Assembly (NCBI GenBank): GCA_045837725.1
Contig: JBEWZL010000184.1
Location: forward strand, 186,001 to 250,000
DNA length: 64,000 nucleotides
From: Vermamoeba vermiformis
Lineage: Eukaryota
Reading direction: 5' to 3'
The notes under the pieces are model-generated. The model did not search any database, had not been told where the DNA came from, and worked only from the letters and a program-made list of their open reading frames with translations. Position numbers and translations under genes: made by a program. Below are positions 38,901-53,922 of the stretch, one piece after another. How positions within the stretch are numbered: the stretch's first letter is position 1; every line of letters starts with the position of its first letter.

Positions 38901-41900
38901 CGCGCACTTTGCTGAAGTCACGCAATTGGTCTTGATAGTACTTGATGTGGATCAACAGCTCGTTAGCTAAGGTCTCATTCTCGGCTGCTGTCTTCATAGC
39001 ACTAGCTGCGCCAATAGTGCCCTTGCTCATCTTTGCCTCAACCTTTTGCATGTGATGCTCGACAAATTCGAGGGCGGCGTTAGGCGAGTAGTTGTAGAGC
39101 TTGGAGCCCAACTTGTCTTGGATGTAACCCTTGTGCGTCAGTAGTTCCAAGCAGTAATAATAACACGCTAACTTGGTGCTAAATTCACTGGCATGTGCGT
39201 TGTCTCCATTGTGCGCTATCAGCGAGTCGAACAAAGACTTAGCAGTCTCGGCCTGAAGTATGTTAGACATTGTACAAGAATTGACAAGGCTTACTCGTTC
39301 GAGGCTCATTAAATAAGCAAAGAAAAGCTGAATATCGCTGTGAAGGGCTTTTTCAGCAAGGTCCAATGTTGCCTTTGCACGAGACTTCTGTGCACTGAAA
39401 GTAATTGTGCTGAGCTTGAACAATGTCTGCTTCAATGCGAACACTAGGGACTCATTGGTCGGTGCCTTGAACCGCGAGTACAAACTACGAGATTAGTTAG
39501 TAAGAGCCGTACAATATAGTCTCAATGACGTACTCGTCGCCAGCAACATAGCCAGCATTGTTCACCGAATAGAACGGATGGAAGCGCAGTCTATCGGGCA
39601 CACTGTAGTCATGTGCAAAATTGCGCATCAAGTCAGAGCTGTCGAGCTCGAGTAACTTCTTCAAGCACAAATGCAAGAACTGCGTGCTGTTGGCCAGAAT
39701 CAAGTTCATCTCGCGACTGGGCTTGATCCTCTGCCCAGACTCTTGCTTGTCATTCTCGTCTTCGTATAACTCATCGTCGCCAATCAAGTCTTCATCGTCA
39801 CTCACGACTTCATTCTCTTGCTCTTCTAGTGTATGTGACGATTGAATCTCGTGCAGGAGATTTTTGGCCTCGTTGTCAGTGATGGTAAGACCTAACTGTT
39901 GGCACTGTTGTCTGTTCTCAAGTGCTCGCCAGTACGAGATCAATGACTCAATTTCACGCTTGGAGCAGTGGCACAACGCGAAGGACAGCAATTGCATACG
40001 AGTGTCCAGGTCTTTGAACTCTTCAGTCAAGGCCAATTTCTTGCACACGGTCCAGATCGGCTTATACTGCACATCGATCAGCTCCTTGCACATCTTGCTC
40101 GCGTAGTTCCAATCATTCCTCTTGAACGCTGCTCGTGCTTCAAGCAATGCAACCATTTGAAGGTCTTCTTTGGTTCGGAGGCCAAGTAGCTCAGCTGCTT
40201 CGTTGAAATCTTGACGCTTCAAGTATGATCTACAGCCAGTTAGATCTCAAGGCCTACGTGTTCACGATACTTACTCTGGGCGGTCACTTAAAGCCTTCTT
40301 AATCAGATTCATTCTGTTCTTTTCTAATCTGATTTTCACAGGTAACATCTTCAGTCCTAACGAGGACAACTTTCTCACCGCTTGAATGAGGTTCAGCTCT
40401 TTACGCACTTCGATGCTCGGGCTCGGCATCAATCTCAAGCTGTTGAAAATGTTAGTCGGCCGAAATTATCTTCAAGACAGTGCGTACCAGTCCTCGGCTG
40501 AGTTCATCTCCGATTGATACGGGTCCGTGCAAGAGTTGAAGTACTCGGCAGCGACTTCGAGAACAATGTGCTCGGTGTTTTCTGCCAGAGCCAAGTACTC
40601 ACGAGCCAACTTGAATTCTGCGGCATGCCGTTAGAAAAAAGCACTCTAAATGTAAGATACTTACTGCCAGCACGCAACAAGCTCTGAAGATAGATCGCAT
40701 AAAGCTGGTCTCGCTTGATAAAAGTAAATACATTATCAACTAGCCACAAGAGGTCTTTGAGAATGTCACGCCACTGATTGTCATTCAAAGCAGGATGTGA
40801 CTTGACGCCCTTATTAGCGATCTTTGTCAAAAGCTTTACAATCATGTCAGACTGAGTTTTGGTGACTTCCAAAAAGAATTTAGCAGGCTTTTCTTGGTTA
40901 CTGTAATAGAACATTAGGACAAGAATAACGAGTGTTAGCGAGACATACTATTTGGTCAATCTTTCCATGGCCGAGAGATGTTTCTCGAACAAGTCAACAC
41001 GGTCCTGAAGATCTTGGACCTCGAGCTCAGCATCACTGGATGGAGCAGGCAAGCACTGCGAAACTATTAGCTTCAGTTCGCTATAGGAATCCTTTCTTAC
41101 CTCAAAGATAGTGTTCATTTGCAGCTCTGCGCTAGGTCCTGTTTGAGGGCACGCGTACATGCACTCCAATGCAAGGCGTAATAACTGGTTGTGGTTCTCG
41201 ATGATTCTGCCGCCAGGTGGCTCAGGACCAACAGGACGACTTTGTTGGAAGACCTTTGTGCACAGTGACAGCTTGCCTTTTTCAGATACTTCGACCATCC
41301 AATTGCCCAAAAGAACTACATCGAGTTAGCAAAATAAAGTAATGCATTGCGTGATCGTACCAATTCCTGGAGTGGTTGTCTTAAGGATCTTGACGTACGG
41401 CAATACGCGGTGTTGAATGTCATCGATGATAGTCTCTTCCGTGCTGTCAGCCAAGAACAACGAGATGCGCGCATAAGGTGACAGCTTATCGAGTTCCTTC
41501 AGCTTGACATCACGTGCACATTCATACACGAGCATAGTGAGCTGTTCGAGGTCATCGCGCAGAGTCTCCAGCCCTTGCACTCCGTTCTGGATGGCTAATT
41601 GCACGAGCGCAAGTGCGTTCTCAACCAAGCCAGTCTTATCTTCAATAAGAAGTGCTTTGGCCGAGTACCACAGGGTCAAACTTTCACTCGATTCAGGGTA
41701 CTGCGCGACAACGCCCTTGGGAAGCGGAACGAGTAATTTCATCTCTTGCACAGCTTCAAATGGTACGGCATAGATATCTTGACTTGGGAAGCGGAGCACT
41801 CCTTCAATGATCCATCGCTTGATTTCAGCACGCACAATCTCGTCGTTGTATTCTGACTCGTAGCTGACTTGTTTCAGTGAAACGCTAGCTTTGTTCTTGA

Positions 41901-44900
41901 AGTGACTGTCGAACGCCTTCAACACATCTTCGACTTTGATTACACTGCCCTCAAAGTTAATCTGTTTGAGGATATTCGCCTGCTCGCTCCAGTCTTCTTC
42001 GCGCCATTTTCTCGTTTCCCATTCGCCTTCAATGCTACTTTGTGCGCCAGGCAGAAGGTCGCTGTAGCGATGAGGATCAACTGTTTCGGGAATATGGTGC
42101 AAGATGTCAAGGCGATGTGGCAGTGTCTGTGAGCTGTGGTACGTGAACAAGATGTCAATGGCGTGGAACTTTTCTTCGAAACCGAAGTTGATGGCGGCAT
42201 TGACCAAGTTGCACGTTCTGAAGTGCAAGTAGTGCTTGGGATTATAGTACTCAGGTTCCGTGATGATAGCAGAATAAGTCTCGAGCCTGTCCAAGTAACG
42301 CAAGAAAACCAATCGATAGTAGACCAAATCCAATTCTTCAGGGCTTAACCTAAGAATGAAATTAGCCCGTTTCCAATCTTAGACTCATGACTCATTACTT
42401 ACTTGATATTTTCATCGTGCACAGGCTGCTTCTTTTCAGTTTCATCATCACTGTCTGACTCTTCGACAATCTTTGACTTCGGCGTTGTAATCTTCAAGCC
42501 ATACAACAGCAAGGCCTTGGCTCCCGCCAGTGTCGCTGGAACTCGTTCTTTGCACTCACGCAACACCCAATTCAAGTCTTTGATCTTGCTCAAGAAATCT
42601 TGAATGGAGTGCTTGGTGACTGGACTCGTGGCCCAACGCTTTTGGTACACGGGATCAGGATTCAAATTGTAGATTCTAGCCAATGTCAATGCATCGCCGT
42701 ACTCTTCAGCGTCTATCTTCGAGATGAACAGGCGCTCAGGTGTTGTGTTGCTAAGTGACAACAATCTGAAAGTGAATTGATCTTTGACACGCTTGTCAAG
42801 GGGCCATGATTCGTTGTCATCGCTCGAGGGCAGAATAGCGGCCATAGTACTCTTAATGATTGATCCTAGCGTAGACCCAGGCTTCGTTTGATTTTTAGCC
42901 AACGTTCCTTGTTTCTTGTCGTCTGGTTTTTCAGGCTTCTTCGTGTCTTGTTTATTTTCTTCCTCCGTTTCCTCATCACTGTCATTTTGTTGCTCGGCAT
43001 TCTCATCGAAATCTGCCGCTACTTGAACTGTTTCTTTCACGCATTCTGAGATGAAAAATCTGCAACTGGGATTAGTATTGATGAAAATTTTGGATGTCAT
43101 TTAGTCACTTTTACCTTCCATCAATAGCTCGAGTGACATGAGTGTCAGGTGCAAATACTTCAGGCTGTGAGCCCAACAGATTCGTCAATTCATTGCTGTC
43201 ATCAACAGGACCGACGACAATAGTCCAGCCTCCTTGACCGACGATTGTCAACTTGTTGAGATCCCACCAAGCAATATCACGAACAACTAAACAGTGTTAG
43301 CATTGATGTAGCGTGTTGTATATGAATCTTACTTGATTGATCGTTGCTGCCTTTAGTGACATTTGTTTTTGCCGTTGTTTGATTGGTGGCACTGTACAAG
43401 GCTTGAGAAGTCCATCGTTTGATTCTCAATAGTTTGTTAACGTCCCAAATGACAACTAGACCGTCAAGATCCAATGTCGCAAGGAAATTTCCGTCGGGCG
43501 AGAAACAAACTTTGTGCACGATGACTTGACCTTTTTGAGTGCTGAGCTGGTATGCCCTTCGTGCGGAAGATATCCAGCCTATAATATGTTTATAAGGACA
43601 CCTTTCTAATATAAATCATGTTATCCATACCTTTGTTAACGGGCTTGATGTTCTCATCTTGAGGTGGAAACACGCGCTCATAAAACGGTTCTTCGTCAAG
43701 AACTTTCCACAACGAGACTTGACTGGCTGTCGCTGAATCTAGTGTGATTAAAGTGAGTATTAAGAGCTAGTAATATATAATAATATGCACGTACTATTAT
43801 TCAATTCTCCGCCACCGCCAATCGCAATCAATTTCTTCTCGTGATGATAATCCATGCACGTCGAGACGAAATGTAAATTCTCCAAGTTGAGAATAGTGTC
43901 TGCTTTTTTATATGGTGGTAATACCAACTTTTGTGCTAGTGCTACCGGCTCGGATCTACCAACAAAAATTAGCTTGTGTAACGGATCCATATTGCAGTTA
44001 CTTACTTGAGGGTCTTTGAGATAAATATGCGCAATAACATTCCTTGATAGTCCAGCAAGAACAATTCCTCGCTAAATTTAGTTATTAGAATGATTGAAAA
44101 GAGAATTTAATTCTGTTCTCGTACCACTGCGGATCTATTGCTGAAGGACGGCTAATTAAAGCAGCGATAGATGATATTGAAGGTACACCATGAAGTACTA
44201 CACGACGTGGTGCTTCTGGAGGGAAAACTAAAAATAGTTCCGATCCACTAGCCAAAGCCAGCCACTGACCGCCAAATGCCAACGAGAATTTCTGCCACTG
44301 ATCCGTGGCATTAGGCACTATAGTAATACTTATTAGTATACTACCAAAATAACATCTGAATTTTTTATATTAATGTATTTGCAAACAAGTTAAATCTTAA
44401 TTTTGACCTGATCTCACCTTTAAACTGAAATTGGTTCATGTGGAAATCATCGTTATCAAATCTAAGCTGTATTGTATCCAATTGTGATATCGCCAATGCA
44501 CTTCCATCATCGCTAATCAAGATCTGGTGAGGTTGTTTTTCTTTCAAGAAATTTTGGTAGGCCAAGGGCAGAGCCGTCGTACTGCCCGAGCTGAATTTTT
44601 TAAATAATCCAATGGCATTAATTATACCGCCAATATAGTCTAAATACAAAATTGACGTCAGATCTGGCTGCTCGTGAAAACCCAACGTGTAGTCAATTTA
44701 ACTTACTCTTTCCAGTATCAATAATTTTATTTGGTATTTTAATCCATTTTTTCTTCGCGACTTGGTGGTTCTGAAAGCGAATATTAATTTTGAAAAATTA
44801 AAATTATTTTCAGATGCAAATAATTACCTTTAAAATAACCTCTTGGTCAATTACAGACAAGTCATATAAAATTGAGTTTCTTTTAGCATTTTCCTCGTGG

Positions 44901-44932
44901 TCATTGCTATTTCTGCTTGTATTTGACTCCAT
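35999..44932 (-). CDS. NBAS: NBAS/Sec39-like NRZ tethering complex subunit; many exons
   Basis: N-terminal ILYDL and WD40-like region (FSPDG.FLA); TTPERLF..KIDAEEYGDAL.LA..YNL.PD.VYQ.RW...SIQDFLSKIKD..WVL.EC.ERVP; YLDRLETY; LFTYH...LPHRL.IL..IPET..P..Y..LLP. Confidence 0.9.
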
Positions 44933-45191
44933 TGGATGGGTGACGTCAGATCAAGATCCAAAACTTTGCTTTGCTCGAAACACGATCCTAATCTACAATC
45001 ACCATAACGATAAATATACACTACTAATAGTGTGGTATACAATGTGCTTAATAGTTTGAAAGAAAATCGTTGACCTGCCGTGCAATTTTTCCGTTGTCCG
45101 TGCAGCCCATTATTTTTTTATTTGAATTGAAGAGACCAAAGGCCGAGGTGTAGAAAATATATTTATACTTTGGTGCTCTATCGATAACAAT

Positions 45192-48100
45192 ATGGGACAG
45201 GAAATATCCGCCCCTAATAATGAGTTCGATCTAAGTCAGATGGGACAAGGCCAGAACTCCACAGACACGACCAAATATTACAAAACACGCAATGTATATA
45301 CAACGTTTGAAACAGAAGAAGAATTTGCAGACGATGCTTATTTCACTGAAGAGCTGTCGCGTGGCGGCATCTTGAGCACGTACAGGGCCAAAACGAAAAA
45401 CTTCTTGCGTAAATGCTTGAATTTATTCTTAATAGAGACATGGGCATTTATGATAACGCTCGGTATTGTCCTTGCCTTCACGGGCTTGTTTGTAGATTAC
45501 GTTATTATCCAACTTTATGAACGTAAGTAAAAACAGAAAATCGAAAAAATTATTTAAAAATTCAGATAATATCAATATTAACGTGATATCGATAAATAAT
45601 ACGTTAACTTATCGATTTTCGCAGTGCAAGTCAGGTTTGCAGAGTTACCAGGCAATTTTGTTGGCGGATGGGTTCTGTGGACATTTTACAGCTTATTCTT
45701 CGCGTCTATTTCCATAGGATGCGTGTTATTTATCAGTCCATATGCTGCTGGTAAGAATTATACGAATAAAATCAAATTCCCTTCAAAACTAATCGAAGAT
45801 CCGATCAGGATCTGGCATTCCCGAAATGAAAGTAGTGCTTTCAGGCATGGACCTGCCGCACTATCTATCATTTAGAACATTAGTAGCCAAAGTCGTGGGC
45901 TTAATTACCGCCGCCGCTGGAGGTATGTGATCCGAAATGTCACTCGATATCTTTTAATAATATTCGAAATCCAATTCCCCTAATAATATTGCAGTATATG
46001 ACTAATAATATGGCGCGTTATTCAAGAGTTATTAATAATCATTATTAGGTTACTCGATCGGAAAAGAAGGTCCAATGACGCATATATCATCAATCGTTTG
46101 CAGTCTGTTAACCAAAATACCGATTTTCAAGCGCATTAAAATGGTAAATACGCTAAATAACATAATCATAATAATATGACTCTTAATTAACCTTATAAAT
46201 AGAATGACGCATTGGTATTGCAATACATGGCTGCTGCTGCGTCAGTCGGTATTCAGATGGCCGTTGGTGCGTCGATTGGAGGTACGTGATATCTTATTTA
46301 CATAAAGAAATTTCGTCCGCTTAAAAATAATTTTTTGGGATCTATTTATCGGACAGCAGTGGGATCTTGTGAACTAACTTGTTGATTCGAATAGGTGTTC
46401 TGTTTAGTATTGAAGTAACAGCTACGTACTATCTTGTCGAGAACTTGTGGCGAGCATTTTTTGTCGTGGGAACAACGGAGTTGATTTTCCGCTTGATCCA
46501 TCGATTAGGTACATCGCTACTATTAATTCTTTTAACTATATACTAATATGATTATTATTAAGGATTCCTCGCGCTATTCGTGACACTTAATTGGGACGTG
46601 TATGATTTTGATTGGGCTGAAATTTTGACATTCGCAGTGGTTGGATTTATCGCGGGCATATTCGGTATGTAATACGATTATATCAATATTGCCTTTCTAA
46701 TAATATAATAGGTGCTGGCTTCACTCGCTTGCTGACTTATGTCTTCCAATTGAGTCGTACCTGGACGCGTGTCAGTGCGACCAAACAAGCGTAAGACAAC
46801 ACCATTATTTCTTGCCTCGTAATTACATTCTAAACTTTATTGCTTAATAGTGTATATATTCGATGCATATTGGTCGCATTAGTCATTGCTATTTTTGCTT
46901 ATCCATTCCCACTGCTCCGAGTAAGTAACATTAATTAAATTGGAAGTATTAAATTTTTGCTGTAGAATGACCTGCAAGGAGTATTGGAATATTTGCTGGA
47001 CAAACAAAGTGTCACAGATTGGGGTGGTCTATTTGGCATTCTTATCGCTAAATTGCTGTTCACTTTGTTCTCGCTCGGTTTCACGAGTATTCCAGCTGGT
47101 GTGTACGCACCAGTGTTCACTATGGGCGCAGTATTTGGTCGCTTGTTAGGAGAGATCGTCGTGTATTTGTTGCCATCACTCAACTTGCAACCTGCTTCTG
47201 TATCTATTATTGGTAAGCTGCGAGTCTGATCCGCAAAATCGAAAATTTCGCTTAAAAATTCTATTTAGCTGCTGCGGCGATGAGCGCTAGTGTTACGAGA
47301 ACTATTTCTACAGCGGTAATCGTTATTGAACTCACGCAACAATTGAAGTTGTTCTTCCCTGTTTTGGTAAGCAAGATCAAATCCGCTGAACTAACTAGAT
47401 CTAACGTACAATGTTTAGATTTCCATCTTGGTCGCTATGAGCGTAGGCAAGTTGTTGAGCGAAGGAATTTACGACATTTTGATTCGACAACGTGACTTGC
47501 CTGAAATGCCTCGCTTTACTTTGTACAATACGTAAGTACTGGTACTTGCTCGCAGACTAATATAACTAATCTTGCATATTATAGTTCATACAACAAGCGA
47601 GCCATGGACGTGATGAGAACTGAATTAAAGACACTCAGTCTCAGCTCTACTTTCAATGACGTCATCAACTTGTTGAACAACTCGTTATTGACCTCATTCC
47701 CGTTAATCGATGGTACGCTTAGTCTAATATAATATTGGCCTAGTACTTAACATCTATTGTAGAGCACGGTATTTTCTTGGGTTCTATTTCTAGAAACAGC
47801 CTCGAGAAGTTACTAGAAGACAACAATTTTAACTGGATCCGATCCAATCGCGACGAGTCCTTGGTAAGCTTATCATCATCTTAATATCCATTATAGTTAT
47901 TTTTTAACCAATGTTTTAGTCTATGGCTGAGTTGCTGGATCGCGAGGCTAAATTGAATGCCCTTGCTGATTTTGATAAGCTCGACACTGGTCTTCAAGTC
48001 TACGTGAACACTAATGCCACGAACAACAACAATACTAATGTCGTCGTTACTATGCCACAACCACAGCCTATCCTTCATAGTCCGCCATCCTCGCCTGAGA

Positions 48101-48624
48101 AATCAGTGGATATTGAGAACGGCAGCAAAACTAACGGAACAGGTAAGAATACTGCTTATAAAAGTATATTTATATTAACAATGTATTTGATAGAAAACTC
48201 GTCGGTTATCAGCGAGGAACCAAACGGATCTGATGTACAGCACGTAGCGCAAATCAACGACATTGTACCGTTCATTTTTACCACTAGAAGACTATCATCA
48301 CGTGCTCATAGGTAAGTCTAGCTTATACATTGCTAAATATGGCAATCAAATCTTCATTGAATCATGGCAAACTTTGAATAGCCCGGGCGACGTACCAGCG
48401 AATCTTTACAAAGCAGGCCACTAACGTATTACATTACTCGTAGGACTACTGTTGAAGTGGACAGCACGGTGATGCAAGTCACATCCGAGACTTCGCTCTA
48501 CAAAGTACACTTTTTGTTCGCCATGTTGGGCCTAAGTCACTTGTACATAACTTCGCGTGGAAAGCTTGTGGGTATTATCACGCGTAATGACTTGATCAAA
48601 TCGATCAACAATTACTCAAAGTAA
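45192..48624 (+). CDS. CLC family chloride channel with two CBS domains; many exons
   Basis: GSGIPEMK, GKEGP, GVLFSIEVT, PAGVYAPVF.MGA.FGRL.G, TRTISTAVI..ELT, IYD; C-terminal CBS (KVHFLFAMLGL.HLYITS.GKLVGIITR). Confidence 0.93.
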
Positions 48625-48816
48625 ATAAACTCAGCGAAAGAATTTTTAATGCAGTTTTTTTTGTGGCGAGATCTAAACGGCGAGCCAAAAAAGTGTCAAG
48701 CTCATGTCATGTCAGTATGTCAAAAATAAGGAAGCGCCTGCGTCGCGTGATATTCTAACGCGAATTATTTTGCTTAGCAGTACACTATCAATAGTGATTT
48801 TTGGTCTGAAAGCAAA

Positions 48817-51470
48817 ATGGCGAACTGGTACGTGGTCGTGCAAGGAGCAGATCCTTATTTGAAGGTTGGAAATGTCAAAACTATTAACGTTTCATTTGAT
48901 TCGGTACGTAACGATAGCTAATTACGTCATTACACGTGGAGGAGTTGATTTATCGGTGACATCTGTCGGGACAGAAACTTATTAATTTATTAATTGACTG
49001 CAGCTCTTGGAAATTAATCAAAAAATAAGAAGCCCTCAAACAGGTAACGTCATTATTATTTTTTCGAATTTTTAAATGAGCGTAAAACGGTTGTAAAAAT
49101 GTAAACCCAAAAATACGCCTCAATTAATATTTTTATTGTCAGGAGTTGAGGTTAAAGACCGCAAATGGATGTTAAAGACATATCCACAATGCTTTATTGC
49201 TTCAGAACTTGTAGAATGGCTGCTAAAGCAGAAGTTCACAGAAACTCGTGAACAAGCTGTAGGACTGAGCAGTTATCTTGTGGATAAGCAAAGCTTCCAC
49301 GCAGTTAACAGCGGTAATTAATCAAGCATTAATTTTCTCGCAAGTTATTTATAATGTGAATTGCAGAGCACAAATTTAAAGATGAGGATCTCTATTTCAC
49401 CTTCGATGACTTAGAAACCAGCCAAAAGGTATTTATTCAACTAAAATATATCTGTTCATATTTATGCCCTATCTGTTAGATTATCTGTTCCAAGTTAACC
49501 GTTACATTTTTTCTGATCTAACTCTCGTGCAGAATCTCAGCGATAGCAAAGCCCGAGCCACTAGTAGAACATCAACGCCGGCGAAACCATCTCTAAATAC
49601 TTTAATCAAGCAAGCATTGTCATCACAACCAGGAAGTGGAACCTTCTTACCAACAGTCGGAGAAGGAGGAGGACCGCAATGCCGCGTCTGTAAATTTGAA
49701 TTAAACGAGAAATGGAATTTCTGCCCAAATTGCGCGACGCACGTCAACAGAGAGGTAAGCTCGGAATTATTCAGACAAGGATCAACAATATTAATTTTCT
49801 CCGATTTTAGCTTGACGTACTCGATGCTAGCCAAAAGCTGATTAAAGAACAAGCCGAAAAGCTTCAACAACTTCAAGGCGCCGACACTCTTATTACAAAT
49901 TTACAAGCTCAAATTGAAGATCTGAGGAAGCAGAACGATGGTCTGAAAGCTAAACTTGACGAGCCACAAAACAAGCCGTTTGCTGCTGCCATTCAACCTA
50001 CACTTGTCGCACAACCACAGAAGCCCGCTGAAGAACAGCCAGCACCGACTCAACAACCTACATTGGTCCCGCAACAACAGACTCAAACGCCCGTGCAACC
50101 AACTCAACCTACCCAGACACCTGTCACTGTTGCTGCGACACCTGTCACCCCACCGCCAACACAGCCAACTACAGTAGCTCAGCCTACGAACCTGTTGCTA
50201 AAGAACCTGAGCCTGTCAAAGAAGACAAAACGCAATCCGAAGGTCCCAAGTCCACGGGATTTGTCATGCCTCCGCCGAAGTACATTCACAAGGATACCAC
50301 GCCCTCTACTACGCCTACTCAGCCCACGCAACCTGCTGCTACGACATCTCAAAAAGTTGGTGGTTGGACATCGAGCGCGCCTAACAGCAACCCCGGCTCA
50401 TTACACACGAGCAATGAGGCCAGCACGAATAACAGTCTTGCTGCTAACACCAGTGCTGCTCCTTCAAACCCAACACCCGCTGCTACACCAACACCTGCTA
50501 CCAACACTACTGCCCCGTTAAACACCAGTGGTAGCAACAATTCAGCTCCAACTTCGACGACTCCCGCAACAACTCCTTCGCAACCTGCTGCGTCTGGATG
50601 GACTAAAGGTAATATAATACAGTTCTTTTCTAAGAAATGCCGACGACTAACGAAATTTAATTGAACCAGCTCGTATTGTGCCCAGCGGAGGCTTTACACC
50701 TGCAGTTCCTAAAGGATTTGTTGCTCAGCCCTCGACTACCACTACTTCAACAACTACGACTGTTAACCAACAACAAGGTAGCTCATAATCGATTGGTTTT
50801 ACTATTTGACAATTTTGTAAGATTAATATAAAGCAGTTAGTGAACCCAAGTCGGCTCCATTAAATAAGGAACCTTTACCTAAACAACAGAATGGGGAGGT
50901 AGAAGTCATTAAAACGACTTACGGCAAGAAAGCGGTGGTAAAGCAACTCCCGACCGTCGAAAATAAAATCAAAAGTGATGCTGAATTGGGCATCGATGGC
51001 AGTAGTAAGTAGAATTTGATTTTTATAAGCGCAAGATATGAATTCTAATCAACTATATATTAGATTTCGATAGCATAGTTGGATCTCAATTCGGCCACAT
51101 TACTGGCCCAATCTCGGCAATTATAACCGGGACTGTTCAACGACCAGAGACTCTAGGAAGTGCTAAATTAGCTACACTATACCAAGTCGACGTCTTCAGA
51201 GGGCAATATGAATGGACCGTATTCAGGAGGTTCGGGCAATTCAAAGATCTGGACAAGTCTTGGAAAAGCAAAAAAGTCAAGGTTATACCGCTTCCCATAT
51301 TTAGCAAGAAGGCAGACCCCGAAGCGAAACGTGAAGGAGTTGAAAAGTACCTGCATAACCTGCTCATGAGCGACGATACTGCCCTACATCCGCTTCTGGT
51401 GAACTTCCTATTGCCGATTCAAATGGACGACACTAAACCAAGAAAGATGGATAACCTGAGTTTGAATTAA
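48817..51470 (+). CDS. DEP domain + zinc ribbon + Pro/Thr-rich linker + PX-like domain protein; frame break at ~50187
   Basis: DEP (VKDRKWMLKTYPQCFIASELVEWL...FKDEDLYF); C..C...WNFCPNC; PX-like (YQVDV...WTVFRRFGQFKDL...LP...R.EGVEKYL.NL....HPLLVNFL). Confidence 0.75.
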
Positions 51471-51709
51471 AAGCGAAATTTATTTGGTGCCCATTTGATC
51501 TGGTGGTTAAACCGAAATTGCTGCGAGAATCTGTTGAGTCACTGAATGGTCCGGATAATACCCGCAATTACATGTCCTTGCCCTCTATGATCCCTCAATC
51601 GGTAACAATGATCTTAAGTTGTTTGTGGATGTGGAGAGATACAATCTCCTTCTAAATAAGCTCCTATTCCTTTCAAAAGGTGTTATAAATTAGATTAATT
51701 GTATTGGCA

Positions 51710-53690
51710 TGAGAGACAGTCTCAATATCATCGGTGACTTCGGTTTGGGTGCATCCGTCCCGCTTCTCAAAAAGACTGAAATACGAAACGAGTCAGGTCA
51801 GAGTTCTCCTTGTGGTTAGAATTGCATCACATTTTCTTCGATTTGGCAACAGAAGAATATCCGTAGCATTTCCTCATTCTGTTCTTGGACGGCATCTGAT
51901 CAGAATGTCGCAAGGCTTCAGACACGCGCTAATCGAACGCTGGTCAGCTCCTATAATTAGGAGAATTCCGCACGTGAGTTTGAAACTTAAGGACCAAGAC
52001 TGAACCGCGTAGGTTAAGCCACGTTCGCAACAGACATTTTCCGCTTTGACTTTTTTCACTCCTCGTAAAACAAAGCAACCACAACAGATACGATGGCAAA
52101 CAGCTGGCACGACGAAAAGCAGTAAGTTCAATATTAGATTTTCTATTATTACCGCGGGGCTTTCTTTGACTCACAATAATTTGGCTCATCGGATGAGAAC
52201 GTCACCTCATCTGAAAACATTTGTATTCACATTAATATGGCCGTTTCAATTACCCCCTTGCTATAATTAATATATCCTACCTTTCCCCCCCACAGTTAAC
52301 GAATTTTGACCATTGCAATCAAATTAACTTGGACTAATTGTTGTCATCCGCAGTTGGAGCGTCTTGTGCTTCGATCAATCGACTAACGCATGCTGGCTTC
52401 TTGACAAACGAACGGAAACCGTTGTTATGAACAGCCGCGCCATAGGAGATTTGCTCAACTACAGTTACAACTCGGTGAGGTAAGCTTGGTGCCGCCGCGG
52501 AGGAATTTTCACCCCTATTTTCGGGTGCCTCACGGCTACAGAGCATGACTCTGACATCTCTTGATGCGTAAACCCATAGACATACTAATGCCTACCATGC
52601 CCGAGTGATGGAGGCGTTAATAGAATATTTCTTGAGTTTTTTAGAATAATAATTAAAAATACTGGATCAAAATATGTATCAACCGACCAGTATCTAACTG
52701 CATATCAAACATTACGATACTAACTACATGGTTTTCAAACAGAGAACGTATGACCAAAGTATGGGACAAAGATAACGAGTTCCGCGTGTTGGATGTAATG
52801 CACTTGGACGAATTAAGCTCCGGCGCAAAAAGAAGCAAGTTCGGACCTCTTTCATTCTTGGAAGTTGCAATCAACCATAAAGTAGGTGCAAGGAATCGCG
52901 GTCATGATTGCTGCCTCTGTTTTGTGGATGTTGGCGCGCAGTCTCCCGACACCCACAGTCCAGCGGCATCATATTATTTCAGCACTATAATATAATTTTA
53001 GAGCCTGGCACTAATCTTTTTTGAATTAGATCAAACGCTTGAACTTCGAGAAACCTCGCCAAACCAAAGAGGAGTTTATGAGCAAAGTCCTTCAAAAGCT
53101 CTCTATATTGGGCCTCGTCGCCGAGGTGGATACCCGAGACAAAGTTACTGTTTCAATTATGGTGAGACATCACGATCCAGCCCGTCCAGGACTTTTCACT
53201 CACAAATTATTAATAGAGCACCGGCTTGACCCCTGTACCGCGCGGCACTGTCAACGCAGGTGGAGACAAGGAAAAGAAACAACAAGAAGCATCAAGCCCG
53301 CCACAGGCCAAGGATGGAAACAGAAGCCCGAGATCTGAAGGACCTGCTAAATCTGAGGAAGAGGGCAATTTTACCGTCGAGAACTTCCTCAAGAACTCAC
53401 AAAAATTTGACAACGCGTTAGAAAATATGCTGGAGTCGATTTCAAAGGGCCCATCTAACGGAAATAGCAGAAAACGAAAAAGTCCGGTGGATGACGACGA
53501 AGAGTTCGAACCTTCTCGACCTAAAAAGCGACGAGCATCAGATAGAAGCTCAAGTAGCGTAGCTTCTGACGCGTCAGTTCAATCGGCAGAAGAAGATTCT
53601 CCTCATCACATCGTGACGTCGGTTGAAGAGGACGTAAACTTGTTTCTTCGTTACACTCTCCTCGCTGAACGAACGCCTATGGTACACTAA
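51710..53690 (+). CDS. Hypothetical multi-exon protein with basic NLS-like C-terminus (5' structure uncertain)
   Basis: Exon-like blocks with GT/AG boundaries at 52354-52474, 52744-52880, 53030-53146 and 53218-53690; RKRKSP and KKRR motifs. Confidence 0.4.
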
Positions 53691-53922
53691 ATCATGTTCA
53701 TGACCACCTTGTTATTTATTGTAAATAAACCTTGTAAATTATTTTGTAATTGGATCATCCACAGACTGACACTTGTTTCGCGGTAGTAAGAAACGGTTTA
53801 TAAACAAATAGGGGTAAATTTACAATTAAACAAAATCGCTCGCAATGAGATAGTTCACATTGCTAGCAGAAGCAGGCAATAGTTGAAAATTTGGATTGTG
53901 GGAAGAGGTTTACGCGGATTCG

